DNA of 64,000 bases from Candidatus Nanoarchaeia archaeon (GTDB lineage: Bacteria; Patescibacteriota; Microgenomatia; Woykebacterales; RBG-16-39-9b). The notes under the pieces are model-generated. The model had not been told where the DNA came from. It saw nothing but the letters and a program-made list of their open reading frames with translations, and made no database searches. Below, in pieces: positions 45,714 through 56,638 of the stretch. The stretch lies in NCBI GenBank assembly GCA_036514715.1, contig DATBWR010000013.1, forward strand, positions 6,779 through 70,778, read 5' to 3'. A program made the position numbers and the translations under genes. Within the stretch, counting starts at the first letter, position 1. Each line of letters starts with the position of its first letter.

Positions 45714-46502
45714 CTATTGCTTGTCTGTCAATGTTTTCGCAAACCACTCTGCCACCGCTGTCTTTACTTCTTCTAAGTGCTGGGGGTTAGAGTAAACATG
45801 GTTCGCACCTTCTATTATCTTCAATGTTTTGTCGCTCGCAGTCAGTCTATCTAGATAATTTTGGCTGTGAGAAAGCAACCTATCATCAGTTCCACAAAGG
45901 ACCATCACCGGGCAATTTATGTTTTCAACTACTTTGTTCGTATCATAACTTGCTCCATCGTCATAAAACTCTCTTCTGAGTTTTAAGTTTTGGTGTGTTC
46001 TGGAAGAGAAAACATTTCCAACACCTTTCTCACGTGCCTCTTGCACCCATTCTCCGTAATGACTTTCAAAAGCTTGTACAAAATTGTAAACCGCGGAGAG
46101 TGGTACTAACGATTTTATTTCCGGATGCTCCGCAGCGTACCAACTAACAACTAGACCCCCCAAAGAGTGGCCAGTTAAACCAATTTTACTTGAGTCAATT
46201 TGTGGTACAATTTTTAGGTAATTAACTGCTTGGTCAAGAACTTCCAGTTCGTAAGAAACGGTCATTTCTTCAAACGGCAACAGGCTCTCACCTGGATCTT
46301 TTACAAAGTCGAAGCGTAAAGTTATGATATCTTTTTTGGAAATTTCTTCCGCAATTTCTTTGATATGAACTTCGTTCCGATCTCCTTTAAAGCCGTGACA
46401 AACGATAACTGCCGGAAAAGGGCCTTCACCATCCGGAATAATTAAAGTGCCCACAATTTTTCTTCCCTGTTTATCTTGGAATTCAACAACTTTTTCTGGC
46501 AT
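45714..46502 (-). CDS. Alpha/beta-fold hydrolase (dienelactone hydrolase/esterase-like)
   Basis: GHSLGG nucleophile elbow; 262 aa. Confidence 0.7.
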   Translation of the reverse strand: MPEKVVEFQDKQGRKIVGTLIIPDGEGPFPAVIVCHGFKGDRNEVHIKEIAEEISKKDIITLRFDFVKDPGESLLPFEEMTVSYELEVLDQAVNYLKIVPQIDSSKIGLTGHSLGGLVVSWYAAEHPEIKSLVPLSAVYNFVQAFESHYGEWVQEAREKGVGNVFSSRTHQNLKLRREFYDDGASYDTNKVVENINCPVMVLCGTDDRLLSHSQNYLDRLTASDKTLKIIEGANHVYSNPQHLEEVKTAVAEWFAKTLTDKQ

Positions 46503-46507
46503 TTTTA

Positions 46508-47899
46508 TTAGATAATCTTTTTTAATTTGGGTCCGGCCGGGTCATCAATAACTTCGTAACCAATTTCGGCAATCTGCTTGCGGATTTCGTCACTCTTTAC
46601 GAAGTCTTTATCTTTCCGCGCTTTTTCCCTTTCAGAAACTAAATTCTCGACCTCGGCCGAAACTTTAATTCTAGCTTGGTTTTCCAAATCAAGACCTAAA
46701 ACTTGGTCAAACTTTAATAAACTTTTCAACTTGGCACTGTCTGGGTAGTCGCTTTTGACCAGCTCCCAAACTATCGCTAAAGCCTTAGGCGTATCTAAAT
46801 CGTCATTAATTGCTTCAAGAAAGCGGCTTTCGAACTCTGCACAACCAATTCTAGCTTCGCCTTGGTAGCCGGAAACTTCGCGGTAAAGGTTTTTCAAGGC
46901 GGTTTCGGCTGCTTTCAAAGCTTCCCAGGTAAAATTTAAACGCGTGCTATAATGGGCGGTTAGGACTAGATAACGAAACGCCAACGGATCAACACCTTTG
47001 GCTTCAAGGTCGGCCAAACGGTAAAAATTGCCCAACGACTTAGACATTTTTTCATTTTCAACCAGTAAGTGTTCCCCCTCTAACCAAAACCTGACGAACT
47101 GTTTGCCGGAAGAAGCCTCACTTTGAGCTATTTCATTGGTATGATGGACTGGTATGTGGTCCACCCCACCAGTGTGGATATCGAAGCTTTCTCCCAAATA
47201 TTTCATACTCATCGCCGAGCATTCAATATGCCAACCGGGGAAACCTTTACCCCAAGGACTTTCCCATTCCATCTGCCGTTTCTCACCTATCGGCGAGAAT
47301 TTCCACAGGGCAAAATCAGTTGGATGTTTTTTGCCGGGAACCATTTCAACCCGGGCGCCGGCTCTCAAATTCTTCTGCATGTCCTCCCATGTTTGGCCGG
47401 TCAGTTCTCCGTATTTTGGAAACTTTGAAGTGTCAAAATAAATCCCATCGGCGAGTTTATAAGTAAAGCCTTTTTCTTCTAAAGTTTTGATCAATTCGAT
47501 CATTTCTTTAATATGGTCAGTGGCTTTAGGAACAATTTCCGGCTTTTTGATGTTTAGAGCTTCAATCATGTCAAAAAAGTCTTTAGTGTAAAAATCGGCA
47601 ATTTCCCAAACTGTTTTTTTCTCCCTCTCTGCACCCTTTTCCATCTTGTCTTCGCCGGTGTCTGAGTCACTGGTTAAATGGCCAACGTCAGTGATGTTCA
47701 TCACTCTTTTTACAACAAGGGCGTTGTACTCCAAAGTTCTTTGCAGAATATCGGCGAATATATAGGTCCGAGCGTGGCCAATATGGGCATAGTCGTAAAC
47801 AGTTGGTCCACAAGTGTAAATACCCACCTGACCAGAAGTAATTGGTGTAAATTTTTCCTTTTTGCGGGTCAAAACATTATTCAAGAAAATTTCAGCCAT
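46508..47899 (-). CDS. cysS: Cysteinyl-tRNA synthetase
   Basis: HIGH (HIGHARTY) and KMSKS motifs, Zn-binding Cys residues. Confidence 0.9.
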   Translation of the reverse strand: MAEIFLNNVLTRKKEKFTPITSGQVGIYTCGPTVYDYAHIGHARTYIFADILQRTLEYNALVVKRVMNITDVGHLTSDSDTGEDKMEKGAEREKKTVWEIADFYTKDFFDMIEALNIKKPEIVPKATDHIKEMIELIKTLEEKGFTYKLADGIYFDTSKFPKYGELTGQTWEDMQKNLRAGARVEMVPGKKHPTDFALWKFSPIGEKRQMEWESPWGKGFPGWHIECSAMSMKYLGESFDIHTGGVDHIPVHHTNEIAQSEASSGKQFVRFWLEGEHLLVENEKMSKSLGNFYRLADLEAKGVDPLAFRYLVLTAHYSTRLNFTWEALKAAETALKNLYREVSGYQGEARIGCAEFESRFLEAINDDLDTPKALAIVWELVKSDYPDSAKLKSLLKFDQVLGLDLENQARIKVSAEVENLVSEREKARKDKDFVKSDEIRKQIAEIGYEVIDDPAGPKLKKII

Positions 47900-47988
47900 G
47901 AGAAAATTATAGCAGAAAATAATTGCTTTTCTTGACTTTCAGGCTCCAAGAGGTAAAATACAGGCAAATTAAAGAAGGGAAGAGAATC

Positions 47989-48585
47989 ATGCTGAAGCGG
48001 TGGAACGATCTAAGCACTGACAAAAAGCTCTGGGTACTCTTCATCACCGTGGTCCTGATAAGCCCTTTTCTCGCCTACTTAATTATTTGGGCAGTGGAGG
48101 GACCTCCCGGGCCGGCGAGGAACGACCACACAAACCTCGCCATCGATGTTTGGGTCCCAAATGGTGCGGAAATCAAACTGGAGAAGGATCTTCACATTGG
48201 CGAGGCCGCTAGCTTTGAAGATGTGGGGGGCCTTGACAACTTCAAGGCCCTAGGCCTTCCAAAAGTAACGGTGGTAAGAAATTCCGATGACACCCAACTC
48301 ACTTACTGGGCCAAAAACCCTGACAGTGGGTCGGTCACGGACCTTTACCGAGTGGTTGTACCAGTTTATTCTGTTCCGGTTGGATCAAGCTACACTCTAC
48401 TTGAGCATCGCCTTGATCCAGTAAACCAAAAGGTGTATGCGACAATAAACCACTACATTGACCCCCGCTTTGACCGCTATGTGGTATCTGCCCTAGTAAT
48501 GACAGTTGCGGTAACCTGTGGCTTGTTTGTAGGTTTGTACAGAGGATGGAAGATCTTAGAAGCAACTACAGCACAACCAGCTTAA
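47989..48585 (+). CDS. Hypothetical membrane-anchored protein, high-GC island gene
   Basis: Start at MLKRWNDL with RBS GAAGGGAAGAG; N-terminal TM. Confidence 0.45.
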   Translation: MLKRWNDLSTDKKLWVLFITVVLISPFLAYLIIWAVEGPPGPARNDHTNLAIDVWVPNGAEIKLEKDLHIGEAASFEDVGGLDNFKALGLPKVTVVRNSDDTQLTYWAKNPDSGSVTDLYRVVVPVYSVPVGSSYTLLEHRLDPVNQKVYATINHYIDPRFDRYVVSALVMTVAVTCGLFVGLYRGWKILEATTAQPA

Positions 48586-48644
48586 ACACTACAGACGAGC
48601 CAAGACGGTTTGACCTGCGTGAGCCCTGGACTAAAGCGCAAGCT

Positions 48645-49118
48645 TTACGGTTTGGGGCTTTTCTTTCTGGGAAGAGAGTGGGTGTAGGTTTTTTCTTCTT
48701 TGGTAGCCTCTGTTCCGGCGTAGCGGGATTCTATTTTGGTGATTAGATGACGCACTTCGGCTAAATCTCTTTGCAGAGTGTCAAAATCCTCTTGAATATC
48801 TTCAATCTCTTCGTGAATTTCCTCAGTATCTTCCTCCTCTTCTTCCGCTCTCATTTCATCCATTTCAGCTTGGCGGTTTTGGTTGATCATAATGAAGGTT
48901 GCCAAGAAAATAGCCTCGAGGGACAGGAAAATATTAAAAACCTCAATTTGAAACGGCCGGAAGACAAAGAAAAGAGTGAAGGCTAAAACATGCAAGTAAA
49001 CAAAGGTCATACTGCCGGAAAGACGCGTGATGAGATCAGCGAGTTTAACTTCGCCTTCACGGTATTTGCGGCCAAACAAACTAACCATATAATTTTGCTT
49101 CAAAAGTTTTTTAACCAT
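48645..49118 (-). CDS. DUF1003-family membrane protein with acidic C-terminal tail
   Basis: VYLHVLAFTLFF...LSLEAIFLATFIMINQNRQ motif. Start at MVKKLL with RBS GGGGGAGAA; the ORF-track N-terminal extension is rejected. Confidence 0.5.
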   Translation of the reverse strand: MVKKLLKQNYMVSLFGRKYREGEVKLADLITRLSGSMTFVYLHVLAFTLFFVFRPFQIEVFNIFLSLEAIFLATFIMINQNRQAEMDEMRAEEEEEDTEEIHEEIEDIQEDFDTLQRDLAEVRHLITKIESRYAGTEATKEEKTYTHSLPRKKSPKP

Positions 49119-49318
49119 AGTTGTTCTCCCCCTGCCTGCCGGCAGGCAACAAAAAAGACACCTGAACGCCAAGCGATTTTTTCCCTGTTTAGATTTATCC
49201 GCCAAATAAGGCGGAATATTTTTCACGTCGGGCTCTGGTCGTGAACCAGAGTGCGGCGCATCAAGTGCCCTTATACTTAAGACTAATTTTACTCTTGAAG
49301 GAGACTAGATGCAACCCT

Positions 49319-49509
49319 CAAAACCGCCCTCGCCGAGCATGTATTTTTTGGGGTCCCTTTTGTGGAGCGAGCGTCTTTGAACTAGCAAAAATTCGAGAGG
49401 AAGCGGTTCCCGAGGATGTCCCGATGAATTTTTGCTAAAGCTTCAACAGCTCGCGCAACAGGGGTGTCCTTTTCTTGGAAACTTCTTTTGGACAAGCAAA
49501 AGAGGTTTC
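49319..49509 (+). ncRNA. Candidate novel structured RNA, copy 2 of 2 (paralog at 27333..27519)
   Basis: See copy 1; the 3' hairpin overlaps the stop codon of the convergent gene 49508..49945. Confidence 0.5.
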
Positions 49510-49945
49510 AAGAGAGTTTTTCTTTAACGAGTTGGGAAACCAGGGAGAAGTCTGCCTTACCATGTAAACCAGACAGAGCGCCCATAACTTTGCCCATTTC
49601 AGCAATTGTGGCTGCACCAGTGCTCTCTATTGCGTCATCAACTGCCTTGCGAACCTCTTCTTCAGACACTTGCGCTGGGAGATAAGTTTGGAGAATTGAG
49701 AGTTCCTTTTTCTCTTTCTCGGCGAGCTCTCTCCGTCCACCTTTTTCAAAGCCTTCAATGCTTTCCCGATGCCGCTTCACTTGCCGCTCAATTACACTAA
49801 TAACCTCTTCATCAGTCAGTTCCCGCTGCTTTTCAATCTGGTAATTTTTAATATCAGCTAGCAAAAAACGGACTGTCGAAAGTTTTATCTCATCGCGAGC
49901 CATCATTGCCGTTTTCATATCTTCCTGCAATTTCCCAAGTAACAT
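49508..49945 (-). CDS. GatB/YqeY domain protein
   Basis: Characteristic YqeY sequence (…LSILQTYLP…, …TGAATIAEMGKVMGAL…). Confidence 0.75.
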   Translation of the reverse strand: MLLGKLQEDMKTAMMARDEIKLSTVRFLLADIKNYQIEKQRELTDEEVISVIERQVKRHRESIEGFEKGGRRELAEKEKKELSILQTYLPAQVSEEEVRKAVDDAIESTGAATIAEMGKVMGALSGLHGKADFSLVSQLVKEKLS

Positions 49946-49947
49946 GT

Positions 49948-50559
49948 TTAAATTATACCTTTCTTTTGCAAAACCAACTCTACTTCGGCTAAAACTTCCG
50001 CTAGTTTTCCCCGATTGATTACTAAAATGTCGGCAGCTTCAAAAACTGCTAAATTGTTTTGGCCAAACTCCGGTTGTCCGATACCCAAATCCCTATCTTC
50101 TTGTTCTTGAAACTGCCCCCAAGTTTTTGGATCGCGAGGTAGTCCTCTTTTTCTCAAGCGTTCAAACCTCAACTGTTGGTCCGCATAAATCCCGACTAAT
50201 AAAAACCCCGGATAGCTTTTAAACGGTGGAAGTTCCCCTGGGTTGCGAAAACCATCGACAACAAAGTGAGTTTCAGTGGATTTTTCCGCTTCAGCAAGCA
50301 ACAATTTACTGATGTAGTCCAAACCAAACTTCTCTCGCCATTCATCACCAATATCTTGATAAACGGCCCTTTTCAAAGGCAATTTTCTCTTTTTAATTTC
50401 TGTCTCGATAGGATCGGAAAAACGCAAGTGTTGAAAGCCTTTTTTAATTAAAAACTCGGCTACAGTACTCTTGCCACTGCCAATAAAACCCGCCAAACCA
50501 ACAATTTTCTTAAATTGCAGAGCACGTGGTGAATCTACAATCTTCTTGGTCACGAGCAA
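49948..50559 (-). CDS. P-loop nucleotide kinase (dephospho-CoA kinase-like)
   Basis: Walker A GLAGFIGSGKST; 203 aa. Confidence 0.5.
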   Translation of the reverse strand: MLVTKKIVDSPRALQFKKIVGLAGFIGSGKSTVAEFLIKKGFQHLRFSDPIETEIKKRKLPLKRAVYQDIGDEWREKFGLDYISKLLLAEAEKSTETHFVVDGFRNPGELPPFKSYPGFLLVGIYADQQLRFERLRKRGLPRDPKTWGQFQEQEDRDLGIGQPEFGQNNLAVFEAADILVINRGKLAEVLAEVELVLQKKGII

Positions 50560-50571
50560 AGTATAACAGAA

Positions 50572-51168
50572 CTAAAATTCAACCCTACCCTCAACTGCGC
50601 GGGAGAGAGTAGTTTCGTCAGCATATTCCAAATCAGCTCCAGTCGGCAGACCACGAGCAATGCGAGTAACGCGCAAACCAAGAGGAGAAATTAATTTCTG
50701 GATATACATCGCTGTTGCCTCTCCTTCAATATTAGGGTTGGTAGCCAAAATTACTTCTTTCACTTCCCCATTTTTGAGGCGCGGTAAAAGTTGGCGCAAG
50801 TAAAGCTCGTCCGGTCCGATATTTTCTAGTGGGGCGATAGACCCGTGCAAAACATGGTAAAGACCTTTAAAAGAATGGGACCGCTCCATTGCCAGCGCGT
50901 CCAGTGGCTCTTCCACAACCATAATGATGCTCTGGTCGCGGATTTTTGAGCTGCAGACCTCACAAGGGTCAGCCTCGGCAACGTTGAAACAAGTACTGCA
51001 CAGAACAGTTTTATCGCGTAGTTGGCCAACTGCAACGGCTAAACTTTGCGCGTGTTCTTTAGGAGCGTGAAGTAAATAATAAGTCAAACGTTGGGCGCTT
51101 TTGGGCCCGATACCAGGCAATTTTTCAAACTCAGCAATAACATTAGCAACACTTTTTGGAATTTGCAT
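50572..51168 (-). CDS. recR: Recombination protein RecR
   Basis: HhH motif, C4 zinc finger CSTCFNVAEADPCEVC, Toprim domain. Confidence 0.85.
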   Translation of the reverse strand: MQIPKSVANVIAEFEKLPGIGPKSAQRLTYYLLHAPKEHAQSLAVAVGQLRDKTVLCSTCFNVAEADPCEVCSSKIRDQSIIMVVEEPLDALAMERSHSFKGLYHVLHGSIAPLENIGPDELYLRQLLPRLKNGEVKEVILATNPNIEGEATAMYIQKLISPLGLRVTRIARGLPTGADLEYADETTLSRAVEGRVEF

Positions 51169-51305
51169 TTAAATAATTCTACCAATAACAAAGCCTACTG
51201 TCACCCCCTCCAACAATACTAATATAATGTATATATTAGTATTTATTGATCTGCGGAAAAATTTTCCCAAAGAAAAACGCCTCAAGCCAGTAAAAGGCTA
51301 AGGCG

Positions 51306-51506
51306 TTAGCGAAAGATATCCAAGACGGTCTTCCAAACTCGGTAAAGGATAGCTGCACCCAACGGTGTTATCCCGACAACGAAGATCAACAAAGCAACAC
51401 GAGGTAGCACCCCAACCCCATAAAGAAAGAACACGATTATTGAAACTAGGGACAGTACCCCCACCAAATAGTTCACTTCGAGGATAAGGTTACGTACTTT
51501 CTCCAT
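51306..51506 (-). CDS. Small membrane protein
   Basis: 66 aa with two TM helices. Confidence 0.35.
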   Translation of the reverse strand: MEKVRNLILEVNYLVGVLSLVSIIVFFLYGVGVLPRVALLIFVVGITPLGAAILYRVWKTVLDIFR

Positions 51507-51561
51507 TCGACCTCTCTCCTGCTTGGGTTTTCCAGCAATTATATAACAAATGGGAAATTAT

Positions 51562-51843
51562 TTAGCCTTTGAGGAGATCGGAAAGGCCACCCAGCCCTCC
51601 CATCATGCCTTGCATTTTCTTGGCGGCTACTTTTTGGGCTTCTTCGATGGCTTTATTAATCGCGTCTTTTATCTTGGAATTATCAGTGCCTTCTTCATAA
51701 CTTAAGTTGGTAACTTTCAAATTGCCGTTGATGCGTACAGTTACGTTGTTATGTTCAACCTCGATAACTTCAGCTTCAAGCTCTCTTTTAATAGCGTCTG
51801 CTTGTTTTTTTAATTCATAAAGTTGCTTTACTTTATCAAACAT
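51562..51843 (-). CDS. ybaB: Nucleoid-associated protein YbaB/EbfC
   Basis: 93 aa with typical YbaB sequence; sits between dnaX and recR. Confidence 0.8.
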   Translation of the reverse strand: MFDKVKQLYELKKQADAIKRELEAEVIEVEHNNVTVRINGNLKVTNLSYEEGTDNSKIKDAINKAIEEAQKVAAKKMQGMMGGLGGLSDLLKG

Positions 51844-51851
51844 AAAACCTC

Positions 51852-53414
51852 CTAAACTAATTTTCCAAAAACTTCCACTGGATCAGCTTCGTCCAAAGGG
51901 TTGCCGGTTACTTTGCTCTGGGGTTTTTTCTCCCCCACTACCACCTTAATTCTAACAGGTTTACCAAGTATTTCAGAAAAAACTCTTTCTAAAATCTCAT
52001 TGTTTTTGGTTTCTGCAAGCATATCTCTGTGAAAACCGTAACCTACCTCAAGCGTAATTAAACCGCTCTCCACACTAATCGGGGTAGCTTTTCTTAAAAA
52101 AATCTCAACAGAATTGTTGTGCGGCTTAACCTTTTGCAGGATCTGTGGCCAACTAGAGCGCAAACTTTCGACATCTTCCTCCAAAACCTTTTCTTTCTTC
52201 TCTTTAATCGGTTCCTTGACCTTACCTTCTTTCTCTTTGGAAAGGGCTGTCTCGGGCTCCTGGGTTTTTTCACTCCTTACTTCTTCCTCCTGCCTCAATT
52301 TCTCAACCGTAACCTCAGAAACAGGTTCTTCATTAAAGTCGCAAGCTTCAATAATTGCTAGCTCCAAAGGAAGCTGTGGTATGGGAGAATCTTTCAATTC
52401 GGCTATTGCGTTGGTGAAAATATTTATCCAAGAAGTCAGTTTTTCCCTATCAATTTTGGCAAGTTCTAGAAGTTGCCGAAATTCTTCTGGGGCGTATTTT
52501 GCTTGACTCTCGGTTAAAACCCCAACCTTGATAAGAAGGATGTCTCTTAAAGGTTCTAAGAAAAATACCTCGGTAAACAATTTATAGTCGCCCGCCCCAC
52601 TCAAATCGTGTTTATTCAACCAGATAATTGCTTCTTTGGTTTTCTTATCCCTGATCAGTTTTAAATAATCAAAATCTCCCTTTCTCTCCCTTACTAGGAG
52701 TATTGCTTCAACTTCCGCAGTCTCTGCTTTGGGGTTAACAGAAGCTACTTTCTCATAATTTACAATGCAGTCGCGAAAGGTGTCGCTGGTTTTTGCTAGA
52801 AATTTTAGAGTTTCTTGTGATGTGCCAAATTTCTCAGATTTATTAATCTTTTCCAAAACTTTTAATCTATCCGCCTCGCTGGGTAAGTTTAAACTATATT
52901 TTTGTGTTCGGCTCTGTATTGTGGCCGGAACTTTGTGGGCTTCTGTGGTGGCCAAAATAAAAATCGCGTGCTCCGGAGGCTCTTCCAAAGTTTTCAACAG
53001 GGCGTTGAAGGCTTCCGAGGTCAGCATATGTACCTCGTCAATAATGTAAACTTTGAAACGTCCGGTAGTTGGAGCTAGACTAATCTTTTCACGCAAATCG
53101 CGGATTTCATCAATGCCCCGGTTGCTGGCAGCGTCAATTTCCAAAACATCAAGGTAAGCTCCTTGGGTAATCGCTTTACAGTTATCACACTTATTACAAG
53201 GCTCACCGAAAGTCATATCAGGATATTTTTGGCAGTTAACGCTCTTTGCAAAAATACGGGCAGTGGAGGTTTTACCAGTACCCCGAGGACCACTAAAAAG
53301 ATAAGCATGGGAAATTTTGCCAGTTGTGAGTTGCTTCAAAAGAGGTTCACTAACGTGCGGCTGTCCGATAATTTCCCCAAAAGTCTGCGGCCGGTACTTG
53401 CGATATAAACTCAT
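51852..53414 (-). CDS. dnaX: DNA polymerase III subunit gamma/tau
   Basis: AAA+ Walker A GPRGTGKTS, Zn-binding CxxC module, DEVH box. Confidence 0.85.
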   Translation of the reverse strand: MSLYRKYRPQTFGEIIGQPHVSEPLLKQLTTGKISHAYLFSGPRGTGKTSTARIFAKSVNCQKYPDMTFGEPCNKCDNCKAITQGAYLDVLEIDAASNRGIDEIRDLREKISLAPTTGRFKVYIIDEVHMLTSEAFNALLKTLEEPPEHAIFILATTEAHKVPATIQSRTQKYSLNLPSEADRLKVLEKINKSEKFGTSQETLKFLAKTSDTFRDCIVNYEKVASVNPKAETAEVEAILLVRERKGDFDYLKLIRDKKTKEAIIWLNKHDLSGAGDYKLFTEVFFLEPLRDILLIKVGVLTESQAKYAPEEFRQLLELAKIDREKLTSWINIFTNAIAELKDSPIPQLPLELAIIEACDFNEEPVSEVTVEKLRQEEEVRSEKTQEPETALSKEKEGKVKEPIKEKKEKVLEEDVESLRSSWPQILQKVKPHNNSVEIFLRKATPISVESGLITLEVGYGFHRDMLAETKNNEILERVFSEILGKPVRIKVVVGEKKPQSKVTGNPLDEADPVEVFGKLV

Positions 53415-53511
53415 AGGCAGTAACTATTTTAGCTATCCTTCCCCAACAAAACAACCCATTCAAATCCTTCTGCCCTTTTAACTTTTTACTTTTTACTTTA
53501 AACTTAAAACT

Positions 53512-53910
53512 GTGATCACTACGGAAAGTGCTTTTGCCCAAAAAATCAATAACGTTCCTCTCACTGCCGGTGGCAAGGTCATTAAGATTTTACCGGATGA
53601 TATTGGCGCTACCCCTCATCAGCGTTTTGTCATCGAAGTCCACTCTGGTCACACTATTTTAATTGCCCACAGCCTCTTACGTGCCTACCGAGTGCCGGTC
53701 AAAATCGGTGATCGAGTTGAGGTTCACGGCACTTATGTTTGGAACCGCTACGGCGGGCTAATTCACAACACCCATCATTATGGGCAGGAATGTGTCGGAA
53801 CTTACTGCGAAGTCCACGAAGACGGTTACATCAACTTTGTGGGAATACACAAAAACCCTCACCAAGAAGTAGTTCCTCCCCACAAACCCAAAACTTACAC
53901 CTGGTCTTAA
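53512..53910 (+). CDS. DUF3465-like protein
   Basis: LPDDIGATPHQRFVIEV...TILIAHSLLRAYRVP...GTYVWNRYGGLIHNTHH pattern; family recalled from memory. Confidence 0.45.
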   Translation: MITTESAFAQKINNVPLTAGGKVIKILPDDIGATPHQRFVIEVHSGHTILIAHSLLRAYRVPVKIGDRVEVHGTYVWNRYGGLIHNTHHYGQECVGTYCEVHEDGYINFVGIHKNPHQEVVPPHKPKTYTWS

Positions 53911-53932
53911 AAAGGAAAACCGAGTTAGCTTT

Positions 53933-54196
53933 TTAGACTGACTCGGTTTCGATTTGGCTTCTCGTAGGAACACTCAATCTCCGTGCTTTGTGTAACGCAA
54001 AGAAGAAATCCCTCTTCTTGAAACCTCTCTTCCTCACATCGCAAGAATGGCCCTCCAAGTATTCCTGGTAAAACTCTTCGAGCCGTTCTTCACAGGCTGG
54101 GCAGCCTCTGAGATGTACCAAGATGTCGTTGATGTCTCCACGCCCCAACCTCTGCTCTAAGTGGCGCCACGGTTCGTCCACTGTCTCCTCCTTCAT
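53933..54196 (-). CDS. Small zinc-finger protein with H-x3-C-x2-C (zf-HC2-like) motif
   Basis: HLRGCPAC; 87 aa; overlaps the upstream gene by ATGA. Confidence 0.35.
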   Translation of the reverse strand: MKEETVDEPWRHLEQRLGRGDINDILVHLRGCPACEERLEEFYQEYLEGHSCDVRKRGFKKRDFFFALHKARRLSVPTRSQIETESV

Positions 54197-54477
54197 CTAG
54201 AGGCCATTCGTGTGTAAAGTTTACCACTCTCCTCGAATTTATGGAGAAGGAACTTGGTTCCGTACTGAAGGTTGACGTCAGCAAAGAACCTACCCACTCG
54301 ACGGGAAAGACGCAAGGCTTCACTTCCCTTCCAGGTATACAGAGTTTTCCCGTCAAGAAGTTGTTGTAAGGTTCCAATCCAACCTGGCGTCTGTCCTCGG
54401 AAGCCAAAAACTACGGTTTCCTGCCCATCAAGGTTCAAGATAACCTCTTCGGACTTTACAAGTAGGGATGCAGCCAT
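54193..54477 (-). CDS. Hypothetical protein
   Basis: 94-aa ORF, higher GC. Confidence 0.4.
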   Translation of the reverse strand: MAASLLVKSEEVILNLDGQETVVFGFRGQTPGWIGTLQQLLDGKTLYTWKGSEALRLSRRVGRFFADVNLQYGTKFLLHKFEESGKLYTRMASR

Positions 54478-54529
54478 TTCCTTCCTCCTTTAAGTTTTAA
54501 ACCATTTTATCAAACTATAGGATTCTGTG

Positions 54530-56401
54530 TCAAGAATCCTGCGTACCACTTCGTGGGCTAGAGTTATTTTTCAACTGTTCGACGGCTTGAGCAAGGAGTT
54601 GGACGTAAAGTTCAAAGCCAACCAAAGAAATGTTGCCGGACTGGGCCGTACCCAACAAATTGCCCGCACCGCGAATTTCCAAGTCCGCTCGGGCAATTTT
54701 GAAACCACTACCCAGCTCCTTTGCTTGGGAAATAGCCAATAATCGTTGTGCAGCAGCCCCCTCAGGCTTGTACCCTTTTGGATAAAAAAGATAAGCGTAG
54801 GCCTCTTTTTCACCCCGGCCGATCCGACCCCGTAGCTGATAAAGATCCGCTAGTCCAAACTTATGTGCATTCTCAATTAAAATAGTGTTAACGTTGGGCA
54901 CGTCAAGACCTGAGCCAATAATGCTTGTGCAAACTAAAACATCAACTTTCCCACTGTAAAGGGCATCCATTGTCTTTTCCAGCTCTTTTTCATCAGTTTG
55001 TCCGGAAGCAACAGCAACCTTTGCCTTAGGGAAAAGATTTTTAATAAAGGCACTCTTAGCTGGTAGGGTCGCAATCCGGTTTGATAAATAAAAAACTTGT
55101 CCTCCGCGCGCAAGCTCCTGGCTAATTCCTTCTTTAATTAACTCTTCGTTCCACTCGGCAATTTTAGTCTCAATTGGCAGACGTCCCAGCGGCGGGTCTG
55201 TAAGTAGCGAGATATCACGAATTTTAGTTAGGCTCAGCTGCAAACTGCGGGGTATCGGTGTTGCTGACAAGCTCAAAACGTCAATTTCAGCACGGACCTT
55301 TTTCAATTTTTCCTTTTGAACTACTCCAAAACGGTGCTCTTCGTCAATAACCAACAGTCCTAAATTACTAAATTTAACATCCTTTGATAAAAGCCGGTGC
55401 GTTCCAATAATGATGTCAACTACTCCTTTTTCTACATCGATAATTACCTCTCTCTGCCTTCTTTTATCAACAAATCTGGATAATAATTCTACTCTTATAG
55501 GGAATTTCTTTAATCGGTCTTTGAAAAGGTGGAAATGTTGCTCAGCCAGTATTGTGGTTGGTACTAAAATAGCCACCTGACGGCCATCAACCACCACTTT
55601 GAAGGCAGCTCGAATAGCCACCTCAGTTTTTCCAAAACCAACATCTCCGACTAACAAACGGTCCATTGGTTTGATATTTTTTTCCAAGTCCTCCTTGATT
55701 TCGGCAACTGATTTTAACTGACCGCTAGTCTCGTGAAATTCGAAGCTATCTTCAAGTTCTTTTTGGAAGGAGCTATCTGGTGAGTAGGTTTTTCGCTTAA
55801 CTAGTTCCCTCTTTGCATAAACTTCGAGCAGATCACGGGCTACTTCAATAATCGAGTCTTTAACTTTCTGTTTGGTACGCTCCCAAACCGCAGTTCCTAA
55901 GCTGTTGAGGGCCGGCCTCTTGCCGGTTCCGCCGATGTATTTGGTTAATCTTTCGATTTGGTGAACCGGTACAAAGAGATGGTCACCCTTAGCGTATTCC
56001 ACTATTAAATTAACCGTCTCTTTTTGTACACCCCCGAGGTGTACATTTTTAAAACCAGTAAACTCGCCGATTCCGTAGTCAATGTGAACCACATAATCAC
56101 CCTCTTTAATCTCTGAAAGGAAAATTTTCTCGTACTTTTCGCTTTTTCGCCCTCGCCAAACCTTCTCCAGATCCGGTAAGGATTTAAACGGAATGACAAT
56201 CAACTCTTTCAATTCACGAATTTTCTCGTTGGTTAACGGATTAAAAAGATAAATCCCCTCGAGACTGTTACCGATTAGGTCCAAACGCACCGGAACTCTA
56301 TAACGCTCAAGCCAAAGGTCAAGTAAACCGCCCCGTATGGAAAATTGGCCTTCTTCCACCACTTGGGAACGACCAACATTCTCGTAACCAAAGTTGGTCA
56401 A
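54530..56401 (-). CDS. mfd: Transcription-repair coupling factor (short form lacking the N-terminal UvrB-homology region)
   Basis: CarD/TRCF RNAP-interacting domain (DYVVHIDYGIGEFTGF), SF2 helicase motifs (GDVGFGKTEV, DEEHRFG), TRCF C-terminal domain. Confidence 0.75.
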   Translation of the reverse strand: MTNFGYENVGRSQVVEEGQFSIRGGLLDLWLERYRVPVRLDLIGNSLEGIYLFNPLTNEKIRELKELIVIPFKSLPDLEKVWRGRKSEKYEKIFLSEIKEGDYVVHIDYGIGEFTGFKNVHLGGVQKETVNLIVEYAKGDHLFVPVHQIERLTKYIGGTGKRPALNSLGTAVWERTKQKVKDSIIEVARDLLEVYAKRELVKRKTYSPDSSFQKELEDSFEFHETSGQLKSVAEIKEDLEKNIKPMDRLLVGDVGFGKTEVAIRAAFKVVVDGRQVAILVPTTILAEQHFHLFKDRLKKFPIRVELLSRFVDKRRQREVIIDVEKGVVDIIIGTHRLLSKDVKFSNLGLLVIDEEHRFGVVQKEKLKKVRAEIDVLSLSATPIPRSLQLSLTKIRDISLLTDPPLGRLPIETKIAEWNEELIKEGISQELARGGQVFYLSNRIATLPAKSAFIKNLFPKAKVAVASGQTDEKELEKTMDALYSGKVDVLVCTSIIGSGLDVPNVNTILIENAHKFGLADLYQLRGRIGRGEKEAYAYLFYPKGYKPEGAAAQRLLAISQAKELGSGFKIARADLEIRGAGNLLGTAQSGNISLVGFELYVQLLAQAVEQLKNNSSPRSGTQDS

Positions 56402-56638
56402 CTTATCGGCAATATCGGAGAAAGTTATCTCTTGTTTTTGGGAAATAGTGAAGCTCTCCCATCTGGATTTTGTGGGGCTTTCTGGTTTGTTTTTAGCTTG
56501 ACTTGAACTTCTATCTAAGACTTTCTAACACCTCCAAGATTTTTAATTATACCAATCTAGCAAAATTCTCTTGCACTCGCTTGCTTGTCAGGCTTATAAT
56601 ATTAGTAAGAAATTATCTAGGAGGGAGGTAACTTCAAG

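Noticed and set aside
27333-49509. The two ~190-nt repeats as attL/attR of a 22-kb integrated element
   Set aside because: Repeats are 15% divergent with compensatory changes, and the interior contains core genes (ychF, DEAD-box helicase, cysS, pilus genes) with no integrase or recombinase.
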